From Gemmatimonadota bacterium (GTDB lineage: Bacteria > Gemmatimonadota > Gemmatimonadetes > Palauibacterales > Palauibacteraceae): a stretch of DNA of 52,232 bases. Location of the stretch: assembly GCA_029861425.1 (NCBI GenBank), contig JAOTZH010000001.1, positions 1-52,232 of the forward strand. Reading direction: 5' to 3'. The notes under the pieces are model-generated. The model was not told the origin of the DNA. It worked only from the letters and a program-made list of their open reading frames with translations, and did no database searches. Made by a program: the position numbers and the translations under genes. Shown here in pieces: positions 27,301-35,307 of this stretch. Position 1 is the first letter of the stretch. Each line of letters opens with the position of its first letter.

Positions 27301-27563
27301 TCGAAGATCGAACGCCAGGTGATTGCACCGTCCTCGGTCTTCCAGACCCCTCCGGTCGCGGTCGCGAAGTAGACCGTGAGCGGGTCCCCGGGGATGGCGG
27401 CGATGTCTGTCGTTCGTCCGCCCATCTCAGCCGGTCCGATCGAACGCCACGAGAGCCCCTCGAGAGCCTCCTCGAGCCCGTCGCGTGATTGCCCCGTTAC
27501 CGCGTTCGGCTGGAGACAGGAGAAGACGGTCGCGAGCCCGATGGCGAACAGGTGACGGCTCAT
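24366..27563 (-). CDS. Secreted BNR/Asp-box repeat protein (sortilin/VPS10- or GH74-like double beta-propeller)
   Basis: Signal peptide. At least 8 Asp-box motifs (STDAGETW, SLDGGASW, SMDSGDTW, SEDRGASW, SIDGGRTW, SPDGGDTW, SESEGQSW, TRDGGVTW). 1065 aa. Confidence 0.9.
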   Translation of the reverse strand: MSRHLFAIGLATVFSCLQPNAVTGQSRDGLEEALEGLSWRSIGPAEMGGRTTDIAAIPGDPLTVYFATATGGVWKTEDGAITWRSIFESGGTSSVGAIALAPSDPNVLYLGTGEGNPRNSTSIGDGVYRSTDAGETWVHMGLADSERVSRIRVHPRDPDVVYVGAMGHLWGPNEERGVYRSLDGGASWERVLYVDENTGVADLALDPTNPRILYAAMWDFRRRPWTFRSGGPGSGLYRSMDSGDTWEHLNDDAPTNGLPTGDLGRIGVAIAESNPRLVFAIIESNDEGVLWKSEDRGASWSVVSSSSQIGGRPFYYHDIRVDPTDENTLYAVAGGLHKSIDGGRTWQRIAANIHGDHHALWIDPENPDRLINGNDGGFHFSPDGGDTWEFSNTVPLAQFYQIAVDNSTPYNVCGGLQDNDSWCGPSRTRNVAGSLINYWHEIIGPGDGMYVQFDPRNPDLIYANTQGGSFFRVNLATGEARSISPYPVSSGGLPAGAHEYRFNWNAPVHLSPHDPDVVYVGGNVLFRSESEGQSWTEISPDLSRADPQRLGISGGLTPDNTTAEYHATIYTISESPVRAGVIWVGTDDGNVQLTRDGGVTWTELSGRIDVPDGSWVSRIVASRTDPGTAYVTFDRHRDDDMSPYVFATDAYGETWTSIGDGLPTPGHVHVVREDRRVEGLLYVGTETGIWFSLPPSGGSASSGRVWASLRLGLPPVPVRDLAIPETANDLVIGTHGRGAWVLDDAAPIQELGAALAGQGPYLFDASPAVRFEPAIRRFRFDIGDGVFVGQNPPYGALITYYLSGDAASEQEAAEADAADASEADEAPGAPDLDLAIVDAEGDTIRVLEVPGEAGLHRVAWDLRHERFDDSEDGYRFPAAGPKALPGDYTARLTWNGVATETVVSVQPDDRLPSAGSEAAMQVEALRRAGSVGVEAAAVVRDLDDAREQIQAWEARLRSAADTASDLISSAAGLVDCVDSLRVRLLWPDDERAEMDYVPLLPGLSGVMRAIGRATSRPTDPQAAWIERYARQWEEIREDYEEWLVDLAGFNEALAAAGFERIDPGR

Positions 27564-27573
27564 CTCGGTGACC

Positions 27574-28443
27574 TCATGGAATGGAATCGTTGTCGCCGGC
27601 CGCTCCGGGGGGAGCCAGCCAGAGCGAGTCGTTTTGGGGAAGCAAAGACGTATTCGAGCGGGACCGGGTCAGGATGAAGCTGGCCAGAACGATCGTGACG
27701 AGCGCGATGGCGACAAGCCCTCCCGTCACCCACCTGGTACCGGTCCGGCCCCTCCGGCCGCCAGTCGAAGATGCTTCTCGCCGCGGTTGCGCCGGCGATT
27801 CGCGGTCCGCGGCCGGAGCAGGCTCAGCCGGAGCAGGCTCAGCCGGAGCAGGCTCAGCCGGAGCCGGGTCGGCCGGGGCGCTCTCCGGCTCTTCGGCGGG
27901 GCCGTCGGGCGGACGGAGTGCCCCAACCGTCGCCCAGCCGGTGGGCGTCTCCGACGCGCCCGGGGCCGGGCCAAGCCAGACGACTCCTTCGACGGCCGGC
28001 GGAGTCGCCCGTCGAAGCACGCCGGCCGGGATGAACGCGAGAACGGTCGCGCCCTTGGCGACAGCCGAAGCACTCAGAGAGGCGAACGCCGAAGAGCTGA
28101 GGAGCTCAGTCGCGTCTGCCGGTCTCGAACCCGCGGGGACGTAGACGTAGCCACGGGCGCCACCGCGCGAGGCAACTTCGGCGAGCGGGGTGCTGCCGGC
28201 CAGGACTTCGGTCAACCCGGCCTCGACCTCGGCGCCGATCTCGTGATCCAGCGCGGCGGGCCGGTTCTCGATCGACAGGAGAAGGGTATGACCCGTGCGA
28301 CCGCGACTGATCGACTGCGCGAGATCGCTCGCCAGAGCGGCCGCCTGATCCGCCGCAATCGTCGCGACCAGCGCGATCAAGCCACCCTCGTCCGGAACGG
28401 CCCGGGCGACCGTCTCGAGCTGGTTCTCGTACTTCTCTTCCAT
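27574..28443 (-). CDS. Tail-anchored protein: degenerate P-loop NTPase-like (BY-kinase/MinD-ParA-like) N-domain, Pro/Ala repeat linker, C-terminal TM helix
   Basis: 289 aa. The by-eye pattern matches CpsD/Wzc-type ATPase domains, but Walker A and B positions are substituted. PAPAE x3 repeats; TM segment WVTGGLVAIALVTIVLASFIL. No SD seen. Confidence 0.65.
   Translation of the reverse strand: MEEKYENQLETVARAVPDEGGLIALVATIAADQAAALASDLAQSISRGRTGHTLLLSIENRPAALDHEIGAEVEAGLTEVLAGSTPLAEVASRGGARGYVYVPAGSRPADATELLSSSAFASLSASAVAKGATVLAFIPAGVLRRATPPAVEGVVWLGPAPGASETPTGWATVGALRPPDGPAEEPESAPADPAPAEPAPAEPAPAEPAPAADRESPAQPRREASSTGGRRGRTGTRWVTGGLVAIALVTIVLASFILTRSRSNTSLLPQNDSLWLAPPGAAGDNDSIP
27813..27872. 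repeat. Tandem 15-bp repeat (ccggagcaggctcag x3 plus one degenerate copy) encoding (PAPAE)n
   Basis: Three perfect consecutive copies at 27813-27857 and a diverged fourth at 27858-27872, in frame within CDS 27574-28443. Confidence 0.9.
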
Positions 28444-28494
28444 TACGTCCGATCGAGATCCGTCAGCGGCTCCACGACCCGGATCGCGGGTCGG

Positions 28495-30693
28495 CTAGAA
28501 CCGGGGGGTGAGGGTCAGTCGGAAGCTCCGTGTCCTGCCGGGGCTGCGCTCCTGGACATCGACGTAGCTGTTCTGGAACAGGTTCTCGACCTTGGCCTGA
28601 ATCCCCCAACCGGAGATGTCGTAGCCGAGACGAAGATCGACGACGGTCACATCGCCGCGATCGTCCAGCGGGAACGCGAGCACCTCGTCGACCCGGCTGC
28701 GATACCGGACATCCAGGGCCAATCGATCGCGCCAGCCCGACAGTGTCGTCGTCAGGTTGTGGCTCGACCGGTACGGCAGCGGGTCGCCGGTTCGGGAGTC
28801 CTCGCTGTCGAGGAAGACGTAGTTGACGTTGAAGTTCAGGTGGTCCGGCAGCACCGCGAATCGAATGCCGGTGTCGATGCCGCGCACCCTCGCTTCCGCC
28901 ACGTTCTGGAACTGGAAGACGAAGAACTGTCCCGCTACCGCAGTGGGCTCGATCAGGTCTCTGTATTCGCTCCAGAAGGCGCCCGCATCCAGCCAGATCC
29001 TGTCCGTGAGCCTCGCCGTGCCCGCGATCTCGGCCGCCCACGCCGTCTCGCCGCTGAGCGCGAAGTTCGGGATCACCGAAAACCCGAAAACGGTCGTCTG
29101 GGTGAACTGTTCAGAGATGCTCGGCGCTCGGTACCCGCGACTGATCGAGCTCCGCAGGCTCAGGCGACTCGTCGGCTGAAACACGACGCCGATCTTCGGG
29201 TTGACCGCAAGGTCCCTCTCGGCGCCCGTCGCCTTATGGTAGTCGAGACGAATGCCGATGGACCCGCGCACCTGATCGGAGAGGATGATCTCGTCCTGCG
29301 CGAAGACGGCGAGGTCGGTGACGCGCGGCTCCACGTCGCCGAGGAAGTTCGACGACACCGGCGTGTAGGCGGCTTCGCCACCGACCGTCAGGGCGTGATC
29401 GGCGGCCGGATACAGCGAGAGCTGCAGATCCGCACCGTAACGAGTCGATCTGTGAAAGTCCTCGTTATCGTGGAAGTGGTTCCGGACGCGCGCGTGATAG
29501 ATGCTCGGACGGATCTGGAGACGGGCGTCCGGTGTCGCGATCGGGTTCGCCGTGACTCCGAGGACGAAGTCGTCTTCTCGCTTCCAGTCCCCGAGCTCCA
29601 ACGGGTCGACCTCGAGCGGCCGATCCGCGGAGAGCCAGGTGAAGAACTCCTCCTCATCCTCGCGCGTGAAGCTCGCGAAGACCTCCCACGGGTTGGCCGA
29701 CTCCGCCGGGCAGACCGTCTTCACCCGGCCACTCCACCGGTCGACGCGTCCGTTCTGGCGAAAGCCGTCTGTGCTTTCGCGCCCGAAGAACAAGGTCGCG
29801 CCGACCCCGCCGAACTGATTCGAGTGCTGCGCCTTCAGGCCGGACATCGCGAGCGACTCGTCGGTGAACTCGAACTCCGACGGCGTGTCGAAGACCCCAT
29901 AGTACGCCTGGACGATCGTCTCGGGGCGAGACGTGGGCCGCTTGGTGATGACGTTCACCACCCCACCGAGAGCGTTGCTGCCGAAAAGCGTCGAATGCGG
30001 TCCCTTCACGACCTCGATTCGCTCGATGTCGAGCGTGGGGAGCGCGTCGAACTCGATCGAGGCGCCCACTCCGGACAGAACGCGGTGCCCGTCCTGCAGC
30101 ATGAGGACTCGACTGCCCACCCCTCGTGCGAGTCCCGTCGCGCCGCGGATGTCCATCTGACCCGAGTTGAAGATCACGCCCTGCGTGAACGGAAGCGCTT
30201 CGGAGAGGCTGATCACGTTGCGGCGCTCGATCTCGTCTCCCGTCATCACCGAGATGCTGACGGGGGCGTCCTCGGGCCGGGTCTCGGAGCGATTCGCGGT
30301 GACGACCAGCCCCGGTACCTCGAAGACGAACCGCTCGAGAATCACTTCGATCCGGGTGTCCTGTCCGGCCGTCACCTCGACCCGAAGCGTGGTCTCCTGG
30401 AACGAGGCGTGTGCGATGAGGAGCGTATAGCCGCCGACCGAAAGCGGGGCGATCTCGAACCGGCCGTCCTCTCCGCTGATGCCGCGCAGGCCGCTCCCCC
30501 GCACGACGACGCTTACGTTGGAGACAGGCGTCCGGGTCTCCGCGTCCACAACCAGGCCGCGGATCGCTCCGTCCTGCGCGGCGAGCCGGTCCGGCGCGAA
30601 CCCGAGCAGCCCCAGGAAGATGAGCGCCCCGGAGAACGACGTCACGGTCAACGACGACGACCGCCGGGGGGACAAGAACGATGCTCTGGTCAC
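28495..30693 (-). CDS. TonB-dependent receptor with an N-terminal carboxypeptidase-regulatory-like domain
   Basis: Signal peptide. CarboxypepD_reg-like IRGLVVDAETRTPVSNVSVVV...GRFEI. Plug domain (VVTANRSETRPEDAPVSISVMTGDEIERRN). Beta-barrel ending in a terminal F (LTLTPRF). Confidence 0.9.
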   Translation of the reverse strand: MTRASFLSPRRSSSLTVTSFSGALIFLGLLGFAPDRLAAQDGAIRGLVVDAETRTPVSNVSVVVRGSGLRGISGEDGRFEIAPLSVGGYTLLIAHASFQETTLRVEVTAGQDTRIEVILERFVFEVPGLVVTANRSETRPEDAPVSISVMTGDEIERRNVISLSEALPFTQGVIFNSGQMDIRGATGLARGVGSRVLMLQDGHRVLSGVGASIEFDALPTLDIERIEVVKGPHSTLFGSNALGGVVNVITKRPTSRPETIVQAYYGVFDTPSEFEFTDESLAMSGLKAQHSNQFGGVGATLFFGRESTDGFRQNGRVDRWSGRVKTVCPAESANPWEVFASFTREDEEEFFTWLSADRPLEVDPLELGDWKREDDFVLGVTANPIATPDARLQIRPSIYHARVRNHFHDNEDFHRSTRYGADLQLSLYPAADHALTVGGEAAYTPVSSNFLGDVEPRVTDLAVFAQDEIILSDQVRGSIGIRLDYHKATGAERDLAVNPKIGVVFQPTSRLSLRSSISRGYRAPSISEQFTQTTVFGFSVIPNFALSGETAWAAEIAGTARLTDRIWLDAGAFWSEYRDLIEPTAVAGQFFVFQFQNVAEARVRGIDTGIRFAVLPDHLNFNVNYVFLDSEDSRTGDPLPYRSSHNLTTTLSGWRDRLALDVRYRSRVDEVLAFPLDDRGDVTVVDLRLGYDISGWGIQAKVENLFQNSYVDVQERSPGRTRSFRLTLTPRF

Positions 30694-30707
30694 GAGGGCC
30701 GAGACCC

Positions 30708-31151
30708 CTACTGTCTCTGCCAGACCGAGGTGCTCGCCGCCTGCGCGGGCTCGGTCACCGTCACTGTCAGCGTGTTCCCCACCAACGAGTACGTCCCGAG
30801 CGCCTGCTGCTGCGTGTCCTGCTCCCAGCTCCCGTTAGAACGGATCGTGTACGTCCCCGCGTCGACAATGTTGGTGAAGCCGCCCATGCCGTCCGGGACC
30901 GTAATGTCGAGACTGATCGTGCCGCTCGCCTCGGTGTCCGAGCTCGACGTCTGACCTACCGTGAAGGTCCCGGAAACCGCGGGGGGTGTGAGCGTGAATC
31001 CGCCCTGCGTAAACGAAACGATGTCGTAGGTCCCTGAAATATCCGGCGGCGGTCCGCCATTGCCCGGGCCTATCGGGTCGTCCCCGCCGCACCCAGCCAC
31101 GGCGAAGGCCATAACCGCCGGAACGATGAGATTGCGTAGAAGCGCCTTCAT
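30708..31151 (-). CDS. Small lipoprotein, lipocalin-like beta-rich domain
   Basis: ATG at 31151 with GAGGAGGAAAGC upstream. Lipobox AFAVAGC. Repeated GTY/GTF strand patterns (SGTYDIVSF, GTFTVGQ, GTYTIRSNG, GTYSLVGNTLT). Confidence 0.7.
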   Translation of the reverse strand: MKALLRNLIVPAVMAFAVAGCGGDDPIGPGNGGPPPDISGTYDIVSFTQGGFTLTPPAVSGTFTVGQTSSSDTEASGTISLDITVPDGMGGFTNIVDAGTYTIRSNGSWEQDTQQQALGTYSLVGNTLTVTVTEPAQAASTSVWQRQ

Positions 31152-31185
31152 GCTTTCCTCCTCGTTTTCGAATCGCATGGGGCGC

Positions 31186-32898
31186 CTATGACCCACCGCC
31201 TCGGTTCCCCATCATCTCGTCTCGACGCGCCCGGAATTCGTTCCCGTCACGCCAGTTCGGCCAGCTCGATTCCTGAGCCAGTCGGTATCCAACTTCGAAC
31301 AGTAGACGCAAATCGTCCACTGCGCCGCCGAGATCCCACTCCTCGTCGAACTCATCCGACGGCTTGTGGTATCGTTCCGCCGTGTACTCCTCGCGCTTGC
31401 GTCTGCCGTACTCTTCGCCGTACTCGACGTGGTCGATACCGGAATCCGTGTACAGCGCCGGCACGCCCTGGACGGCGAAGTTGAAGTGGTCGGACCGGTA
31501 GAAGAACCCCTTCTCCGGCTCTGGATCGGGCCGCACGACACGGTCGTAGGCGGACGCGGCTTCCGTCAAATAGTCGTCCAGGTCCGAATTGCCGAGACCG
31601 ATCACGGTGATGTCGTGCATGGGGCCGACCGTATTCAACCCGTCCATGTTGATGGCCGCCACGGTCCGGTCGAGAGGTTGCGTTGGGTTCTGTCCGAAGT
31701 ACGCCGAACCCAGCAACCCCTGTTCCTCGGCGGTAACCGCGAGAAAGACGATCGAGCGGGCGGGCGGCGGGTCGAGCGACGCGAACGCCTCGGCGATCTC
31801 GAGCAGCCCGGCCGTCCCGGTCGCGTTGTCCAGCGCCCCGTTGTATATGCCGTCGCCCTCGAGGGAATCGTCTCTCCCCAGATGGTCCCAGTGTGCCATG
31901 TATGTGACAAACTCATCCGGTCGCGTGGAGCCTGGAAGAACGGCGACGACGTTGTCCGATGTCGATCGCTCCACGCGGTTTCGAATCTCCATGCCGGCGG
32001 TCAGCCCCAACGATACAGCCTCGAACTCCGGGGTCGCCGCCCCCTGCGACACCGCCCCGAGATCCAGACCCGCCGCGTCGAAGATCGCGCGCGCCGCATC
32101 GTGCGAGAGCCAGCCTTCGATAGCCAGTCGCGAGAGGTTCGCATCGGAGGATACCAGCCCGAACTGCGGTCCGGACCAGCTGCCCTCCACCACCTCCCAC
32201 GGGTATCCGGCCGGCTCCGGCTCGTGGATGACGAGAGCCGCGGCCGCCCCCTGCCGCGCCGCCTCCTCGTATTTGTACGTCCAGCGACCGTAGTAGGTCA
32301 TCGAACGACCGTTGAATCGCTCGGTATCTCCGGTCGCAAACCCCGGATCGTTCACCAGGATGACGACGGTCTTTCCCTCGACATCCACTCCCGCGTAGTC
32401 ATCCCAGCCGTACTCCGGCGCGACGACTCCGTACCCGACGAACACCATCTCCGACGCATCGATCGAGCTCCGGTCGATGACTCGCTTGGTCCAGGCCATG
32501 AAGTCGTCCCCGTAGCGGAACGACATGTTCGTGCGGTCGCCGTCGACCTCGAGGGTCATGTCCGGATTCGCCTCGATCGACACGAGCGGCACCGACTGGA
32601 CCCACGAGTCGTCGTTTCCGGGCTGAAGACCGAGCTCCCGCAGCTCGCTCGTTAGGAACTCGACGGTGCGTCGCTCGCCCTCCGTCGCGGGTCCCCGGCC
32701 TTCGAACTCGTCCGATGACAGCGTTCGGGTGCGGTCCGCGAGGCCGTTTTCGTCAATGAGATCCAGGGCATCGAGCGGGGGAACGACCGACTGATCGGCG
32801 CCACAGCCGATTATGGGAAGGAGAGGCGCCAGGAGCGCGACCAGCGCCGCACGGCTCCTGAGTGTGGACTGCAAGTGATTGGGACGTATGGAGTTCAC
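31186..32898 (-). CDS. M28 family aminopeptidase with a PA (protease-associated) domain
   Basis: Lipoprotein-like signal (LLPIIGC). PA-like insert (FVGYGVVAPEYGWDDYAGVDVEGKTVVILVND). Metal ligand regions HWDHLG, GALDNATG, TAEEQGLLGS. GTG start. Confidence 0.9.
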   Translation of the reverse strand: MNSIRPNHLQSTLRSRAALVALLAPLLPIIGCGADQSVVPPLDALDLIDENGLADRTRTLSSDEFEGRGPATEGERRTVEFLTSELRELGLQPGNDDSWVQSVPLVSIEANPDMTLEVDGDRTNMSFRYGDDFMAWTKRVIDRSSIDASEMVFVGYGVVAPEYGWDDYAGVDVEGKTVVILVNDPGFATGDTERFNGRSMTYYGRWTYKYEEAARQGAAAALVIHEPEPAGYPWEVVEGSWSGPQFGLVSSDANLSRLAIEGWLSHDAARAIFDAAGLDLGAVSQGAATPEFEAVSLGLTAGMEIRNRVERSTSDNVVAVLPGSTRPDEFVTYMAHWDHLGRDDSLEGDGIYNGALDNATGTAGLLEIAEAFASLDPPPARSIVFLAVTAEEQGLLGSAYFGQNPTQPLDRTVAAINMDGLNTVGPMHDITVIGLGNSDLDDYLTEAASAYDRVVRPDPEPEKGFFYRSDHFNFAVQGVPALYTDSGIDHVEYGEEYGRRKREEYTAERYHKPSDEFDEEWDLGGAVDDLRLLFEVGYRLAQESSWPNWRDGNEFRARRDEMMGNRGGGS

Positions 32899-33139
32899 GT
32901 CTGGCCGTCCTCACAAGGCGTTGGAGTCGGGAGGCGTGGCCCGGCTCTAGCGTGGTGCCGCGGCGTAGCGGGCGTGGCCTCGATCCGCCCAGCTTAGATA
33001 CCGGATCGGGACATCGAATGCCACGTTCACGGCAGCCGCGGCAAGTGGCGACGACTGAGGTCGCTTAACGACCACGTCGCCGTATGCGTCACAGGTGCGG
33101 GGTGAGGGGCGGGGGTAACCGTCACCAGCGAGGTCCACC

Positions 33140-34450
33140 TTGAAGGCGAGACTAGCTTCCCGGTTCTTGACGTATCTCTTCGCGACCGCCGGTCTCACCG
33201 TCGTTGCCGCCTGCAACTCGGATTCGACGCTCGCGCCGCGGGACGACTCCCCGCAGATCTCCGGAAACGCCATCGCAGGCCTCGACGCGTTCGAGCGGGA
33301 ATGCGCGAGCTGCCACTCGGCCCGAGACGCATTCGACATCGCGTTCTTCGCCTTCCCCGACACGACCATCGTCCGGCGAGCCGTCGCCCACGTGGACACG
33401 GCGACGGCGCACGACATCGTCGCCTACGTACGGACAGTTCGCGCGCTGCCGACGTCCCGCGACTTTCGGCCGTTCCAGCCAGGCGGCACTCGCGCGGCGG
33501 GGGATGCGAACTTCGCGACTCAGTTGTTCGTTGCGGACCGCTGGCCGACCGACATGACGGCCGAGCAGCTGGCAGCCATCGATCCCCTGGACGTGCCCAT
33601 CGCCGTCGAGTTTCCCCGGTGGTCCGTCGAGTTCGACAACATCGACTGGATGCCGGACAAACCGCTCGACGAACGGCTTCTCGACTACCCCACCCCCTAC
33701 GGCACGGCCCGGCCCTTCCTGGAGAGTTATCATGCGACGCACGCGGAGAACGACCTCGTGTTCGCGGTGCTGAACCTCCGGATCGCGGAGCGCGCGGTCG
33801 ACAATCCCGACGCGCCGTGCGTCATGGAGCCGTTCGACAGGTTCCGCCCGACCGAATGCTTCGAGACGCGCCGCTGGATCTCCACGCTCGCCGCGCAGCA
33901 CATGCTCCGCTACGGGCAGCGAGACGCGGTCAACGCCATACTCCACGACGGCTGGTGGGATGTCGGGAACGCGGCACGGCGGTCGCTACAGACCCCCGAA
34001 GAGGTAGACAACGCGCTCGAAAACTGGGCACAGTGGATGTACCTGGGGTGGGCCTTCGAGCCCGACCGGCATGCAAGCGTCTACCTCAGCCTCGCGCTCG
34101 AGGCTCTCGGCCTGCCCCGACACGCGACGTTCCATTCGCTGCGGGCCATGGTGGCGCGAGCCGAGAACAGCCAGGCGCCGTTCATGGACGTGCGGAACAC
34201 GGCCCGCTTCTCGCCCCCTCACTGGACGTTCGAAACGATGAAGTTCGGCCTGGAGCACCTCGTGGACCGGCTCCACTCGGGCATCTCCCTCCGCAACCAG
34301 GAGCAGATCGACGAATCCCGCGAAGCCGTCCTCGCGGCATACGTCCAGGCGTCCAGGAAACTCACGGTCCAGGCCGAACGGACGGATCTCCTGGTCCTGG
34401 TGAACGAAGTCATCGACGGCCTCGACCAGCTGGTCCCGGCCGGTCCGTAG
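33140..34450 (+). CDS. Lipoprotein with a single N-terminal c-type haem-binding motif (CxxCH) and a large uncharacterised domain
   Basis: TTG start. Lipobox LTVVAAC. FERECASCHSARD (CxxCH). The remaining roughly 350 aa carry no motif I recognise. Confidence 0.7.
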   Translation: MKARLASRFLTYLFATAGLTVVAACNSDSTLAPRDDSPQISGNAIAGLDAFERECASCHSARDAFDIAFFAFPDTTIVRRAVAHVDTATAHDIVAYVRTVRALPTSRDFRPFQPGGTRAAGDANFATQLFVADRWPTDMTAEQLAAIDPLDVPIAVEFPRWSVEFDNIDWMPDKPLDERLLDYPTPYGTARPFLESYHATHAENDLVFAVLNLRIAERAVDNPDAPCVMEPFDRFRPTECFETRRWISTLAAQHMLRYGQRDAVNAILHDGWWDVGNAARRSLQTPEEVDNALENWAQWMYLGWAFEPDRHASVYLSLALEALGLPRHATFHSLRAMVARAENSQAPFMDVRNTARFSPPHWTFETMKFGLEHLVDRLHSGISLRNQEQIDESREAVLAAYVQASRKLTVQAERTDLLVLVNEVIDGLDQLVPAGP

Positions 34451-34465
34451 ACCCGACGCGTGTTC

Positions 34466-34498
34466 CGGCCGGTGGTGTCCGGACGCCACCACCGGCCG
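34466..34498. terminator. Bidirectional terminator-like hairpin between convergent genes
   Basis: CGGCCGGTGGTG - 9-nt loop - CACCACCGGCCG, a 12-bp perfect stem between the stops at 34450 (+) and 34507 (-). Confidence 0.5.
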
Positions 34499-34506
34499 AT
34501 GACATT

Positions 34507-34953
34507 TCAGTCCGTGACGAACAGGGCCTCGAACTGGGCGAGCGCGCTCGTCCACCCCTGTCGGTGCCCCTCCACCGCCTCGACGGCGGGGAACAGGTCA
34601 TGCTCGAGTACGATCTCCGTCGACTCGCCCAGATCGTTGAACGTGACGGTGACCACGGTCTCGCCGACGGCATGATCCGGCTGCTCCCAGTCCCAGGTGT
34701 AGACCAGGCGGTTCGGGGCGTCGATCTCGCGATAGGTCCCGAACGCCGTGTATTCGGAACCGTCTTCCCCCTTCATCTCGATCCGGAACGCGCCGCCGAC
34801 CCGAAGATCGACGGTGAGCCCCGCGACCTCCGCGCCCTCGGGGCACGACCATTTCCTCATCTCCTCCGGGTCGGTCCAGGCGCGAAACACGGCGTCCCGA
34901 CCCGCGGGAATGACCTTCGTGATGCTGAGCGATGTCTGGGTTCCGGTATCCAT
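34507..34953 (-). CDS. SRPBCC superfamily protein (AHSA1/Aha1-like domain)
   Basis: VFRAWTDPEEMRKW signature. 148 aa. Starts 3 nt after the arsR-family stop. Confidence 0.85.
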   Translation of the reverse strand: MDTGTQTSLSITKVIPAGRDAVFRAWTDPEEMRKWSCPEGAEVAGLTVDLRVGGAFRIEMKGEDGSEYTAFGTYREIDAPNRLVYTWDWEQPDHAVGETVVTVTFNDLGESTEIVLEHDLFPAVEAVEGHRQGWTSALAQFEALFVTD

Positions 34954-34956
34954 GTC

Positions 34957-35307
34957 CTACTCCTCCGTTCTCGTCTTCGAGTTGATGTCGTCCGCGAAGT
35001 AGCGCGATAGCGAGTCGAGTTGGCCCTCCCAATAGCGGCGATATCGGTCCACCCACTCCGCGGCCTCCCGCATGGGGACCGCGTCCAGCGAGCACCGGCT
35101 CACACGACCGTCTCTCGTCCTCCGGACCAGTCCGGCCCGCTCGAGGACGCGCAGGTGCTTCGAAATCGCCGGCCGCGACATGTCGAACGGCTCGGCGAGC
35201 TGGCCGACGGTCGATTCTCCCCCGGCGAGACGCGCGAGGATCGACCGCCGGGTCGGATCCGACAGCGCGCTGAAGGTCAGGTCGAGGCTTCGCTCACTGG
35301 TAACCAT
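34957..35307 (-). CDS. ArsR/SmtB family transcriptional regulator
   Basis: [48 protein letters not shown] (HTH). ATG at 35307; an alternative GTG start is at 35334. Confidence 0.85.
   Translation of the reverse strand: MVTSERSLDLTFSALSDPTRRSILARLAGGESTVGQLAEPFDMSRPAISKHLRVLERAGLVRRTRDGRVSRCSLDAVPMREAAEWVDRYRRYWEGQLDSLSRYFADDINSKTRTEE

Noticed and set aside
27813-27872. Tandem repeats considered as a possible CRISPR or minisatellite
   Set aside because: The units are contiguous 15-mers without spacers, and they lie in frame inside a CDS. This is a coding tandem repeat, not a CRISPR array.
27568-30954. 1128-aa plus-strand ORF spanning three minus-strand genes and two intergenic gaps
   Set aside because: It is antisense to a well-supported TonB receptor, the 289-aa protein and the lipoprotein. 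Its composition is extremely Arg/Gly/Pro/Asp-rich with no recognisable motif, which is typical of a stop-free shadow frame in high-GC DNA. Only ribosome profiling could revive it.
33301-35010. 569-aa plus-strand ORF
   Set aside because: It is out of frame with the cytochrome-c-motif lipoprotein gene and antisense to the SRPBCC and ArsR genes. It has Arg/Pro/Gly-rich, low-information sequence.
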